From the NCBI GenBank assembly GCA_964187785.1, contig OZ076409.1:11720001-11784000 (forward strand): 64,000 nucleotides of DNA. Reading direction: 5' to 3'. This document shows positions 48,947 to 60,604 of this stretch, in pieces (position 1 is the stretch's first letter; every line of letters starts with the position of its first letter). Below the pieces are notes generated by a model that saw only the letters and a program-made list of their open reading frames with translations, was not told where the DNA came from and ran no database searches. Source of the stretch: Amphiscolops sp. MND2022. Its lineage: Eukaryota. A program made the translations under genes and the position numbers.

Positions 48947-49524
48947 GGTTGGGCGACAATTCGTCCCAAGCGACAATTCGTCCCAAGCGACAATTCGTCC
49001 CAAGCGACAATTCGTCCCAAATTCCAAAAAGCGACAATTCGTCCCAAGCGTCAATTCGTCCCATTTTGAAAAGGCGGCAATTCGTCCCATTTGTAAAAAG
49101 CGACAATTCGTCCCAAATTGTTTAATTGATCAGCTAATTACCAACCTTTTGAAGGTTGAAACGAAAGAAATAATCAAACCAACTACAAATGAATTCATTC
49201 AACCATTTGAGAATAATTAGAAAATGTTGCATTTTAACGTACTAGTCGTGGAATGTTAAAATTAATTGTTGGCACCTGCCTCTAATTGTAATCTTTCCGG
49301 ATTCATTATTACAAAGGTGTTTATTGGCAATTAAATTGGGGACAAATTGCAGCTTTTAATAATTGGGACGAATTGTCGCCTTTTCAAAATGGGACGAATT
49401 GTCGCTTGGGACGAATTGTCGCTTGGGACGAATTGTCGCTTTTTGGAATTTGGGACGAATTGTCGCTTGGGACGAATTGTCGCTTGGGACGAATTGTCGC
49501 TTGGGACGAATTGTCGCTTTACGC
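48947..49524. mobile_element. Foldback (Mutator-like) element whose TIRs are arrays of 17-bp GCGACAATTCGTCCCAA
   Basis: About 8 units left and 9 inverted units right; TSD (C)AGTTATGG at 48938-48946 and 49524-49532. Confidence 0.9.
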
Positions 49525-49840
49525 AGTTATGGCCATTGCGCATTCTTAGCGGATAAGTCAACTCAAGTATCACAAATTCACACATAGAAAATTTTGTACT
49601 GATCGGATCAGTCTGATCCTTCGCTAATTTTAGAAACAGAACCCTTGAAAGTTTGACAATTGAAGCTGAAATAGGAAAAAAATCAAAGTTTCATTAAATA
49701 TTTTCAACCATTCAACTGTGAAGAATAAGGCGCTCCGGAATGTCAGACGTCACCGTTTCAACCCTAATTACCCTAGCGGTACTTTAAAGCACCCTCCTTT
49801 CTTTCGTTTTGCCAGTAGCCCATATCCTCTAGCACGGTTT

Positions 49841-50316
49841 TTAGTCGGCGCTTCATGAAGTGAAACGCGACTATTATAGTGACTCTTTTTTTTCAATCCA
49901 CACGAACTGACCAAAATAGTTCTTAAAAATTCTACAAAATATTATTGCACCAAATTGCACTATTTGGTCTAGCGAACTGAACCAAAAAGGTTTTTCCTGT
50001 TTTCCCGCGTAACATACCATACTGGGCGAGACCAAAGGGTCCCCCCTTTCAGTTTTTTTCGGCACTGTGAGATTTTTTCCCGAAAATTTGTTTTTTCTCC
50101 AAAGGGTACCCCCTTCAACTGCGACAAAAATGTTGACAATTTCGGAAGTGTCCCCCTTTTAGCGCGCCAGGGGCTCGCGCTAGCGCGAGCCCCGGCGCGC
50201 CAATCGGTCCATTTTTTTGCTTTATCGATTTTGGATTACTGTAAATTGACTCTTGAAGTCCTTTTGCTATTTTTGAGCCTTGGATATGGCGCCGACTTGG
50301 GCCGGTCCCGGCTTGT
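49841..50316 (+). mobile_element. HINE copy
   Basis: TTAGTCGGCGC ... GGCGCCGACTTGGGCCGGTCCCGGCTTGT; internal GC palindrome GGGCTCGCGCTAGCGCGAGCCC. Confidence 0.88.
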
Positions 50317-51295
50317 TCCAATTCACTGGCACCTAGACTGATTTGAATGGCACAGGCATTAGTGAAAATGTCTTCCAACATGAAGAAATTTGTTTCGCAA
50401 CAAATGGTTATACTTTTCCAACATTTCGTTTTCGACGAGACCCAGATATCTCAAAAATCCTTGACCTCATAGAGAAAAGCAACATCATACCCTTCCACAA
50501 CAAGTCCTGGTGCAACAAATCCCAATAAAATCCTGTTGTTACTACAAGCCTCCGAACCTTTGAAACGCACTGTAATTCTTTCCTCTGCTACTACTCTAGC
50601 TCTTAAACCCTAATTGACCTGGGCGTTTTTGCAAATTTTCAAAAAATCTGATCAAAAATTTTCAATCATTAATATCTCCACAACTACGCATACCAGAGGA
50701 ATGCCTAGTAGGACATTACTCGAAGTTTGAGTCATATCGATTAATAAGAGAATTATGGTACAATCAAGAGGCCATCATTGGTCAACAAAATGAAGCTTCT
50801 CTTCAAAAATCTTTCGTCTCGGAAGTCCCTAGATTTTGAACTCACTAGACCTAGCAAGTGACCATAGCTTTGAAGGTGCCGGTCATTGTTGATTTAGGCT
50901 CCTTAGGACTCACTGTCAGAAAAGATTGACATTTGACATGAGATGGTTCACAAACAGTACCGCTACATTTGCATTAATGTAATATGTTTACGTCATAATC
51001 AACATTCCACTATCTGTCAACTGATAAAAGGTGCCGCATTTGATGATAAAAAAGATCAAACCATTTTCCGAATCATGGAACTTCCGATTGTTGTAAGTAT
51101 AATCTTGTGTGATTATTGCCATGAGGAGACAGTATGTATAGGTGCAAAGACGGCTACACCCTATTGTTTAATATGGATTATAGCCATTTATAGAAACGAT
51201 TTGATTACTGGGTCGACAAAGTTGGTAGCTGAGTCAAACAAATAATTTCACATGTTCCGAGAAAAAAAATTCAGGATTTTTCAATCAGAGTTGTA

Positions 51296-51554
51296 ATTTA
51301 AATTTCTGTGCTTACTGTGTGGGGGGATTAACAGAAAAGACCCAAATTTCATTTTAGACTTCAAACTTCTATGAAACTGTACAAATCATGAGCGTGAAAA
51401 ACTGTCCCAAAGCGGTTTTCTCTTCAAGAGAAAACCGCTTTGGGACAGTTTTTCACGCTCATGATTTGTACAGTTTCATAGAAGTTTGAAGTCTAAAATG
51501 AAATTTGGGTCTTTTCTGTTAATCCCCCCACACAGTAAGCACAGAAATTTAAAT
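51296..51554. repeat. Perfect palindrome, 129-bp arms, 1-nt spacer at 51425
   Basis: Base-by-base reverse complement around ...TTTTCTCTT-C-AAGAGAAAA... Confidence 0.95.
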
Positions 51555-51688
51555 CTCAAAAATCTACCAGTTACCAAAATTATATTTGGAATTATATATT
51601 GGAATTATATTTGGATATATCCAAAGTTTGGATATATCCAAATATAATTCCAATTATAATTTTGGTAACTGGTAGATTTTTGAGATTT
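51551..51688. repeat. Second adjacent palindrome, 1-nt spacer at 51626
   Basis: ...GATATATCCAAA-G-TTTGGATATATC...; the left arm has an extra ~13-bp TTGGAATTATAT duplication. Confidence 0.92.
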
Positions 51689-52008
51689 TTCATTTGCTCT
51701 TTGAACATTCACCGGGCGCCGATCTCAAACGTTCCCGTTTTGTTCACCTTTGAAATTACAAGAGCCATTATTCGTAAGCAACATTGTAATTGTATTCTAA
51801 TCATAGAGCCTTTGAAACTAACTTTTAGTGTAAGAATCAAGCCAAAATCTCATCTAAGGTGATAATTTTTTAATGTTTGATAACCACAAACTAATTGCCC
51901 TTGGTCCAACTATTTGGTGCCCATAGCTAAAAAATTATTGAGGAAAGCGCAGAAGAATATTTCAAAGTTGGAAGATACAAAAGAGATGATAACTTCAAAC
52001 TAATAAAA

Positions 52009-52537
52009 ACAAGCCGGGAACGGCCCAAGTCGGCGCCATATCTAAGGCTCGAAAATAACAAAAGAACTTCAAAGTGTCAAGTATTCTCTTCTACAGTACC
52101 CGTTTGAGGAAAAATTGAAAAAAAATTCTGATTTTTTTTGAAATTTTTTTAATTTTTCTGGTCTCCCGTAAGTCGCATAGAGCCGAAACATGTAAAATGG
52201 GGCCCTTTGGAAGTTTTTTAACATCCATTCTTTTGCAAAATAGACAAAAAAATGAAGGGTGGACCCTTTGGAGATATTTACGAAAAAAGTCTCACAAAGC
52301 CGAAAAAAATTTGCACAAAAAAAATTGGTCATGGCGGGACTCGAACCCATGTCATTCTGCTTGTCAGACCTCGAAAAAGCCGTAGTGGCCAAGTGGCAGT
52401 GAAGTAGCGTGACACAGTTTAGTGTTAGTGCCGGTTTAGTGCCAACTTATAAAATTTATAAAATCTGTCAGTTCGTTGGTCTTAAAAAAAGAAGTCACTA
52501 CTATAGTCTGCGTTTTTCTTCGAAAAGCGCCGACTAA
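52009..52537 (-). mobile_element. HINE copy carrying tRNA-like module (52326-52370)
   Basis: Both ends canonical. Confidence 0.9.
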
Positions 52538-52638
52538 AAAATATCAATTAACTAGCTCAAAGTTAACTCGAGACCCTTGTGAAGAATTTACACCCCACCG
52601 TAGAACGAATAAACTGTTTACTGCATCAACGGGAACCG

Positions 52639-52822
52639 GGGCACGGAAAACTCAACACAAGAAAACTCAACACAAAAACTTAATACATTTAATTAATTTT
52701 AGTTAACACCTCAATTGAGTTTTCTGTGTTGAGTTTTCTTGTGTTGAGTTTTCGTGTGTTGAGTTTTCTTGTGTTGAGTTTTCTTGTGTTGAGTTTTCTT
52801 GTGTTGAGTTTTCTGGTAATCC
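52639..52822. mobile_element. Small foldback element with 15-bp GAAAACTCAACACAA arrays
   Basis: 2-3 units left and ~6 inverted units right; near-TSD (G/A)GGAACCG. Confidence 0.8.
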
Positions 52823-53358
52823 AGGAACCGTTCCAGGAGGAACCATTTTGAAAAATAGGCTCATTACTATTTCTGCTTTCATCTTTCATTAGTAATAGAA
52901 TCATATCTGGAATACCAATACACTCCTGTTTATTCATTATTTAGCGTACAATTATTCATTGTACAAATTTACGCCGCCTTTAATTCTTCTCGGACTCAAG
53001 AGAATATAACAACTAAGCGTAGACGAAGTTTTGCATTCGCATTTGAATGCAGGCGAAGCTTTCAACGAACAAATAATTAACACTCATTCGCTTCATCTCA
53101 ATGACGTCAGCGTACGAATGCATAATTACCACTCGCTCGTTCCATCGCACGAGAATTGAAATGTCGTCGGCAGCTTGAGAAATTTATTTCTCACACTTAA
53201 AGTCACTGCTGAACAAAATATCTGAATTATTCAGTATCGTGCGAAGAATTGTACTGAACAAAAAACAGTAGACATTTTGAGATTTCAATGATATTCCTGC
53301 TATCGCAGAAATAATAAATAGATAGACCCGTTAATAATGCAATCGTGACTACTAACGG

Positions 53359-53684
53359 GTATGCGGAAAACTGGTCGAAAACAACTCGCTGAATGCAACT
53401 CGTCGAAATTAAAGGGCCGAAAACTCGTCGAAAAGCGACTAATTGAGTTCAAACTCGTCGAATAATTACAGATACCCAGTACTACTTATGAATTAATTTT
53501 CCCTATTTGATGCGTAAAATTTTCGGTTTTCGGTGTAACACTTCATAATATTTTAGGACTTCATAACACAGTACGATCACGAAGTTAGCACTACATTTGT
53601 CTGAGATGATTTTCTGTATTTGCGACAAGTTTTCAGCCGGAGAAATTTCGGAGAGTTGCTTTTCGACGAGTTTTCCTAGATTCC
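53359..53684. mobile_element. Degenerate foldback element with AACTCGTCGAA repeats
   Basis: Repeats on the left, inverted TTCGACGAGTT on the right; TSD not clear. Confidence 0.6.
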
Positions 53685-54173
53685 TACCAGTGTTGATCGT
53701 TAAAATGATTTTTAAACGCTGAACAAGTGTTTAAACGCTGATGAAAAACAAACACTATCTATACGCTCGCTAAAAAAATGGGAGCAAAAAATTTTCAATT
53801 GATCAAATTGAACATTCAAAATTCAAAATGTCATTTTTAATTTGATCAATTCATGGAGAAATCCATTTTTATTTAATCCATGGACAATCTGCAACGGCGT
53901 CCCTCTGAGAGTAACGCTGCTCGAGAAAATTTTGCTCACAGAATGCCGGCGGCGGTAAAATTGAATTTGGCGCCGATTTTGGGTAAGAATATTGGTTCTT
54001 TGCCTGACTGAAAAACTCTAAAGCACTGATTTTCAAAACAATTCGGATAATTAATCAGTGTTTAAACGCTGTGCGTTTAAATGCTAGCCACTTGAGAGTC
54101 TTCCTGACACTCCAAATCGTTAAAACAGCGTTTAAACGACGGTTGAAAGTAATCAACGCTGATTGCTACTAAC

Positions 54174-54479
54174 GGGAGGTGTATTGGTGATAATGTCACG
54201 GATTTCCTGCATAAGGTCCTCGAATCTGTCGTGGAAGAGTGCCATAGCCCATGGCTCATCAAAGTAGGAGTAAAAGTCCTTGATGAGTCCCTCTGAGAAA
54301 CGAGAAGCCAGTTTATTCAGCAGCTTCTCGTTGCGTCCGTAGATACAGACCAGGTTGGCACACCTGACGGGCTCCTTGCTCAAACAAGACAGGGACTCGA
54401 TTGCGTTGTATTTGTTCACGTGAAGCATGAAGTACCGTGGGTTGGCCCCGTTCACAGTCCCAGTGCAATACTCTTTTCC
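54174..54479 (-). CDS. CFAP61: CFAP61 exon
   Basis: CTCAG|GGA acceptor, CCC|GTTAGT donor; GKEYCTG..NLVCIYGRNEKLLNKL..DFYSYFDEPWAMALFHDRF. Confidence 0.92.
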
Positions 54480-54513
54480 CTGAGGGCAAAAAAAAGAATT
54501 TTTGGGCGACAAT

Positions 54514-55410
54514 CAGGGTTTTGACACGGCTAATTTTTAGTCGGCGCTTCATGAAGTGAAACGCGACTTTATAGTGACTCTTTTTTTCTATCCACACGAA
54601 CTGACCAAAATAGTTCTTAAAAGTTCTACCAAATATTATGGTGTCAAATTGCACCATTTGGCTTAGCGAACTGAACCAAAAAGGTTTTCCCTGTTTTTCC
54701 GCGTAACATACCATACCGGGCAACACCAAAGGGTCCCCCCTTTAATTTTTTTCGGCACTGCGAGGCATTTTTTCGGATTTTTTTCCCCAAAGGGTCCCCC
54801 CTGCATTTTTTTGATGTTTTGCGACAGAATGGATGTTGAAAAATCCCAAAGGGTCCCCCCTTTCAGTTTTTTTCGGCATTGAGATTTTTTCCCGAAAATA
54901 TTTTTTTCCATTTTTTCATGTTTTGCGACAGAATGGATGTTGAAAAACCTCAAAGGGTCCCCCTTTCAGTTTTTCGGCATTGTGAGACTTTTGAAAAAAA
55001 ATTTCCTCCAAAGGGTCCCCCTTCAATTTCTTTGATATTTGATATTTTGCAACAGAATGTATGTTAGTTTTTTCAAAAATAATGTTTTGCGCTTTCTGAG
55101 CCTTAGATACAGCGCCGACTTTAGACGTTCTCGTCTTGTTTTGCTACATAATCGCTAATTTCAAAATCGCTATTTCGCTGAAATGCTTCGTCTTCATACT
55201 ATTAAAAGTTTGATTTCATGTATGTTTTGAAATTAAATGATAATTTATTTCAGTTTGTGCGAGAAAAAGAGTAGAATTCTTCATAACACTCAGAGGAAAC
55301 TTTGAATTTGGACATCCTATTAGTTGCCGCTGCTGATTTGAATCGGCAATAAAATCGCTGAAAACTTCTGCGCTGTCGCTGAATCGCTGGTTAGCGGTGC
55401 CAAAACTCTG
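54514..55410. mobile_element. hAT-like MITE with nested HINE (54537-55139)
   Basis: TIR CAG(G/A)GTTTTG(A/G)CAC..CTAA; 8-bp TSD GCGACAAT at 54506-54513 and 55411-55418. Confidence 0.88.
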
Positions 55411-56590
55411 GCGACAATGTTCAATCTTGCTTTCACTAAATTAAAACAGTTTTCTAAAGATGCTTCGCTTAAAGTCGCTTCCAGCAGCGATAACAAAACA
55501 TGCCTGAAAGTATTTTGTATTTTATTATTTCCCGCCCCCACAATTTATTGTGTAGGGGAAGGAAAATCATGATCTATGCTGCGTTTTTTTCCAAATTCTG
55601 CCAAATCTCCACTTTTTACTCCATTTTAAATTTAATATTGCGTTTTACTAAGGAGGAGGCAGAGGTTCGGAAACAAGCGTTCCCATTCGTCCCAGCACGC
55701 TATATCCGAACTTTTGTCGTTATATCCGAAGTTAATTGTGTTTTACCAAGGAGGAGGTAAATTTTCGATTTCCGCTTTCAATTGAAGGCGGAAAATATCC
55801 CGGTGCATAGCGGGCGTCTTGTATCTTGTCGCTTGATGCGTCCGAAAAAGGAGCAAGACGGGTCCGTTTAAAAAAGGCGCCCCGTTTAAGGCCAAGTGGC
55901 GAGCCAAAAAATGGGGTGAACGAAGTCTGCTTCAAAAAATTTGACATTCAGTGTGAGCTCTAAGAGAGCAAAAACTAGTCACCGTAATAATCGGGCACAT
56001 TTTTTGAATAAAATATGCCGACTAACAATAACTCAATTGCTGCAGTATACCTCCGCCAACTAAAAAAAAATACAGAATCACGTGGTTCAAGGGCTACTAT
56101 AAGGGCTTGAATACACCGTAAAAAACCATCAAAATGCAACAATTAAATGTAAAAAGTGACTTAAAATCGTCTTCAACATTCATTAACTGCACCACTGCTT
56201 GCTTAGATGATAGTTTCCGAAACAAAGTATTAGTGAGCATCAATCGAGTAAAAACACTGAATTCTTTTTTGTAGTTACATTATTAAATAGTTAAATTCTC
56301 CATTCATACTACAGAAAAGGCAGTGTAGTTATTAATTGTTTAAGATTGACATTATTTTAAAAATTATTTTAAAGTCGCACAGTGCCGAAAGAAAACAAAA
56401 AAGAGGACCATGTGTACTTTTTTCTGTTTCACAGGTGATGTAACTTAATGTAACTTTTGAAAATTGAGAGCATAACTTGCAAAGTTCTCTTCGCAATGCG
56501 ACGATCAAGAACTAGAAAACAGACACGCATTTCTGAAAGTGTATAAATCAAACTAGAAGTGAATACCCGGAAAGACAAGAAAAGTCTAAC

Positions 56591-56803
56591 ATAATTTTCA
56601 TTTCGTCGAGCTGTTTCGATCGAGATTGGCAGCTTTGGTTTCCGCACGTCCAGATAGTGGAGTTCTCCGGGCAGTAAGCAGTAGACTATTTTGGGTTTCT
56701 GGTACAACGGAATGAGCTGGTGTTTCTGAGACTGTTTCAGAGAGTATTCTTCTTCATCTATATCCAGAGTTGGGTCAAACAGCTTCAGCATTGTCAGCGC
56801 CAG
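56591..56803 (-). CDS. CFAP61: CFAP61 exon
   Basis: TTCCAG|CTG acceptor, TAT|GTTAGA donor; LALTMLKLFDPTL..LIPLYQKPKI..LPGELHYL. Confidence 0.9.
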
Positions 56804-57222
56804 CTGGAAAAAAAGCCAGACATGTATCTGGTTGTATTTGGGTTTTAGAAGATAATATCAAATCAAATATTAAATTAGGAGAGGGTAATAGAGATACAAA
56901 CAAGCCGAGAACGGCATAAGCTGACGCTCCGCTTTAGGCTCAAAAAGCAAAAGTACTTGAAAGCGTCAAAGAATTTTTTTTGAAAAAAATCTGAACTTCA
57001 GTGACGGAAAAACCCAAAGGTGAGACCCCTTTGGGTTTAAGAGGGCTTCTATTTTTTAATCTTTAGAAATACACAAAACTAAAGTTTTTTAGTTTTATCA
57101 TCAGGAACGCAACCCAAAGCGAGAACCCTTTTACGAAATGAAAATTTTGCCACAAAAAATAGGACAATACCAAAAAACCCAAAAACCTTTTTTACCATTC
57201 AAAAAATTATAAGAGACCTCAC

Positions 57223-57392
57223 CTCATGTCCTACTTCAGCGGAGTAGAAGTTAGCGTGGCTCCATTCATCTGCATGGTACTTCCTGGAGAATTTGGTCAC
57301 AGGCCCCGCAGCCCGAATGGCAATGTCATTCGTGTGGAAATCCGAGTCAATCACCACACGACTGTCGAAAACGAGACACGAGTCGTTGATTG
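57223..57392 (-). CDS. CFAP61: CFAP61 exon
   Basis: TTACAG|CA phase 1, GAG|GTGAGG; AINDSCLVFDSRVVIDSDFHTNDIAIRAAGPVTKFSRKY. Confidence 0.93.
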
Positions 57393-57496
57393 CTGTAACA
57401 TACACAAAACTGTCGTTCTAGAATTGCTCACAAAAACTGAAACGGAAGCTCTGTTACCTTATATCATTCATTCATTCATTAGTGCCCCTAGTTAGA

Positions 57497-57868
57497 ACAA
57501 GCCGAGAACGGCCCAAGTCGGCGCCGCGCTCAAGGTTCAAAAAGAGCAAAAGGTCTTGAATATGCGAATGAAAGCTACGGTGAAAAATTTTATCAAATTT
57601 ACAGCGCTAAAAATGTCCAAAGGGATATCCGTAAAACTGGCAAACAGATTTTACCATAACTCGGAAATCGAAAAACCGAATTTTAGAAAAAAGCAAATTT
57701 TTTCTTTCATGAAAAAATCTCATAAAGCCGAAAAACTCAAAAGGAGACCCTGTAAGTTCGCAAAAGCATTTTCCAAACCAAAAATGTTTTAAAAAGTTTT
57801 GTCGAGCATTTCTTATTTCAAAGTATTCAAACCGGGCGGCGCTGAGGTTCAAAAAAAGCGCTGACTAA
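57497..57868 (-). mobile_element. HINE copy (short internal variant)
   Basis: ACAAGCCGAGAACGGCCCAAGTCGGCGC ... GCGCTGACTAA. Confidence 0.8.
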
Positions 57869-58005
57869 AACTCCCGAGGTTGATGGATAAAAATGAGGCA
57901 AAGATCAACCAGATGTTATCAAACTGAAAATCAACTGAGCTGAAAACTTAATTGAGAAACTCAAAAAATTCATCCATCTGCTTGGTGTGGGAACGAAGTA
58001 ACAAC

Positions 58006-58204
58006 CTCTGAATGCTTCGTAGTTGACTCGTTTCTCGTCGTAGCAAATGATAGCCTCGCAAGAATAGGTTATCCACTGGTCCTGAACTCTGAAGGAGGCT
58101 TCCTTGACCCTTCCATGGTCGTTCAAGTTCCAGCTATACAGCTCACAGTTGTCCTGAATTGTTACTTCTCGTTCTCGAAGCAAATTGTCTATCGCATCGT
58201 CGAT
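58006..58204 (-). CDS. CFAP61: CFAP61 exon
   Basis: TTTTAG|ATC phase 0, AGAG|GTTGTT phase 1; IDDAIDNLL..CYDEKRVNYEAFR. Confidence 0.9.
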
Positions 58205-58209
58205 CTAAA

Positions 58210-58666
58210 ACAAGCCGGGAACATCTCAAGTTGGCGCCGCGCTTAAGGCTCAAAAACAGCAAAAAGACTTCAACGTGTCAAGTATTTTCTCTTCCCCAGT
58301 ACCCGAAAAACCCAAAAGGGACTGAACTGGCGCGCTAAAAGAGGGGACCCTTTGGGCTTTTTCAACACCCATTCTGTTGCAAAATATAAAATGAATTGAA
58401 GGATGGACCCTTTGGAGACATTAAAATATTTACAAAAAAATCTCACAGTGCCTAAAAAAATTTAAAGGGGGATCATTTAGTCTTGCCCGGTTTTGTATGT
58501 TACGCTAAAAAGGAACAACTATTAGAATTCAGTTCCCTGGGCCAAATGGTACAACTAGGCCCCTCAAAATTTTGTAGAATTTGTAGAACTATTTTGGTCA
58601 GTTCGTGTGGATTGAAAAAAATAGCCAGTATTATAGTCGCGTTTCATTTGGTGCAGCGCCCACTAA
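58210..58666 (-). mobile_element. HINE copy abutting a CFAP61 splice acceptor
   Basis: ACAAGCCGGGAAC.. starts 3-4 nt from the intron AG; far end GCGCCCACTAA. Confidence 0.83.
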
Positions 58667-59084
58667 TAATGGGAAACGTTGTGTCCGAAATTTTAAAAAC
58701 TGGTCGCATATTGTACCATGCTATGAAGTAGGGATGCCAGGCACTCCAAGAATACTTTCCAAAAAAGGTAAAATTACCAATTTTAGTATTTTTCCTTGAA
58801 TTTTGAATTTACAATAATTACGGTTTGAAAATTTCAAATCGAAGGAACTCTTGCAAGATTCTATTCATAATTTTGACCAAACCAAGTTTTGGGTTTTATT
58901 TCAGTTGCGGTGACACTACAAAAAATCTTACTAACCGCTGGTTTGCAAGAGAAATTTCGATACGGCTGTTAATTTTGTCATTTTTTGTTATTTTGGTTTC
59001 ATTTTTAATTCCGTTTCAAAGGTTTTTTCTTCACTTCTAGGTTTTCGGTGATTGAATGCAGAAAAAGAAAATGGCCAAGTTAGA

Positions 59085-59340
59085 TGGACCATGTATGGAA
59101 TTAACATGGACCATACATGAAATTAACATTCCAGTAGACCATTTATGGAATTAAGACTGGCCATGCATGGAAATAACATCGACCATGTGTGGAATTAACA
59201 ACGACATGGATAAACATGGACCATGCATGCATGGAATTAACGTGGACCATGCATGGAATTAACAACGACCATGCATGGAATTAACATCAACCATGCATGA
59301 AATTAACAACGACCATGCATGGAATAAACATGGACCATAT
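59085..59340. repeat. ~21-bp minisatellite (GACCATGCATGGAATTAACAT-like, ~11-12 units)
   Basis: Visible tandem units with palindromic core CCATGCATGG. Confidence 0.9.
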
Positions 59341-59428
59341 ATAGAAGCACTTATCAACACGAGTCGTTAGATTTAAAGCGAGTTTTGTTGAAGAATTTCT
59401 CCCTAGTTTGAGAAATGGGTTAACTTAC

Positions 59429-59670
59429 CAATGGGTTGTTGAAGGTGGTGGGTTCATCTGGTTCCAGTTTTTTCCTAGCGAACAATATTTTGACACCTTT
59501 GACCCCACAGTTGAGCAAGACTCGGAGGCAACAGTAGGCGTCGACTGAAGACCCGTACACGATGATGTGGCCGAAGCCATCAGCGTTGAGCAGCTCCGTC
59601 TTTATGTAATGCAGAAAGTGATCGGCCTCGTATTCATCGTTGACTGTCCACGCATTGACTGGAGGAGGAA
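59429..59670 (-). CDS. CFAP61: CFAP61 exon
   Basis: TTTCAG|TT phase 1, TTG|GTAAGT; IIVYGSSVDAYCCLRVLLNCGVKG..TFNNPL. Confidence 0.92.
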
Positions 59671-59714
59671 CTGAAACAAAATTTATTTTCAAAAAACGAA
59701 GGCAGGGTTAAATT

Positions 59715-60593
59715 CACAGCTTTGACATCGCTAATTTTTACCGCTAATCGCTGAACCGCTAATTCAACAAGATGGAAACGTCTAAAGTCGGCGCTATATC
59801 TAAGGCTCAAAAAGCGCAGTTTTTAAAATTGAAAAGGGGGGACCCTTTCGAGTTTTTGGAAATCCAGTTTGTTGCAAAATATCAAAAAAATTGAAGGGGG
59901 GACCCTTTGAAGTCATTAAAAAAATTCGAAAAAATTTTGAAAAATCTTCGAAAAACGAAAAATGAGAATTTTGAAACAGTCTCACAGTGCCGAAAAACTA
60001 GAAAGGGGACCCTTTGGCGACAAAAAACGTCGAAAAAAAGTCGCACAGTACCGAAAAAAATTCAAAGGGGGACCCTGTAGTCCGGTCCGATTTTGTATTT
60101 TACGTCAAAAATTGAGAACAACAAAGGGGGGACCCTTTGCACTAACTTAGATGCGTTCCCGCTTGCCGGTCCAGTAGTTTAGTAGTTCTGTTGAAAAAGT
60201 GTCCACTACGCATACAATCTGTTGTCTGACGAAAAAAAACTTGCCACTGTAAAAGACGGGCTCATTTTGTTAAAATGCGCCGACTAAAAATAGCTTTTTC
60301 GCTGAAAAAAGTTTTCTCTAAACTATTAAATGTTTGACTCGAAGCATCTTTCAAAACTGAAAAACCTAATTTAGTTTTGCAAGAAAAACACGCGGGATAT
60401 TTTTCACTGTGTGGGTCTCACAGGGGTAAGAGCTGAATTTTTTTGAAAAATGCATTTTGAATATTCTACTACACTAAGAGGAAAATGTGAATTTGGACAT
60501 TCTATTTGTTACCGCTAATTTAAATCACCGATGAAATCTCTGAAAAATTCCTGAGCAAACGCTAATTCGCTAATTAGCGGTGTCAAATCTCTG
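59715..60593. mobile_element. hAT-like MITE with nested HINE (59767-60287)
   Basis: GCTTTGACATCGCTAA ... TTAGCGGTGTCAAATCTCTG; body homologous to 55150-55410. Confidence 0.75.
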
Positions 60594-60604
60594 GATATAT
60601 TCAT

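Noticed and set aside
48947..49524. CRISPR-like short repeat array
   Set aside because: Units are mostly contiguous without unique spacers, occur as inverted arms with a TSD, and there are no cas genes; this is a eukaryotic foldback TE.
50340..51245. Possible decayed coding sequence or nested gene in a CFAP61 intron
   Set aside because: No recognisable motif or consistent splice structure in any frame.
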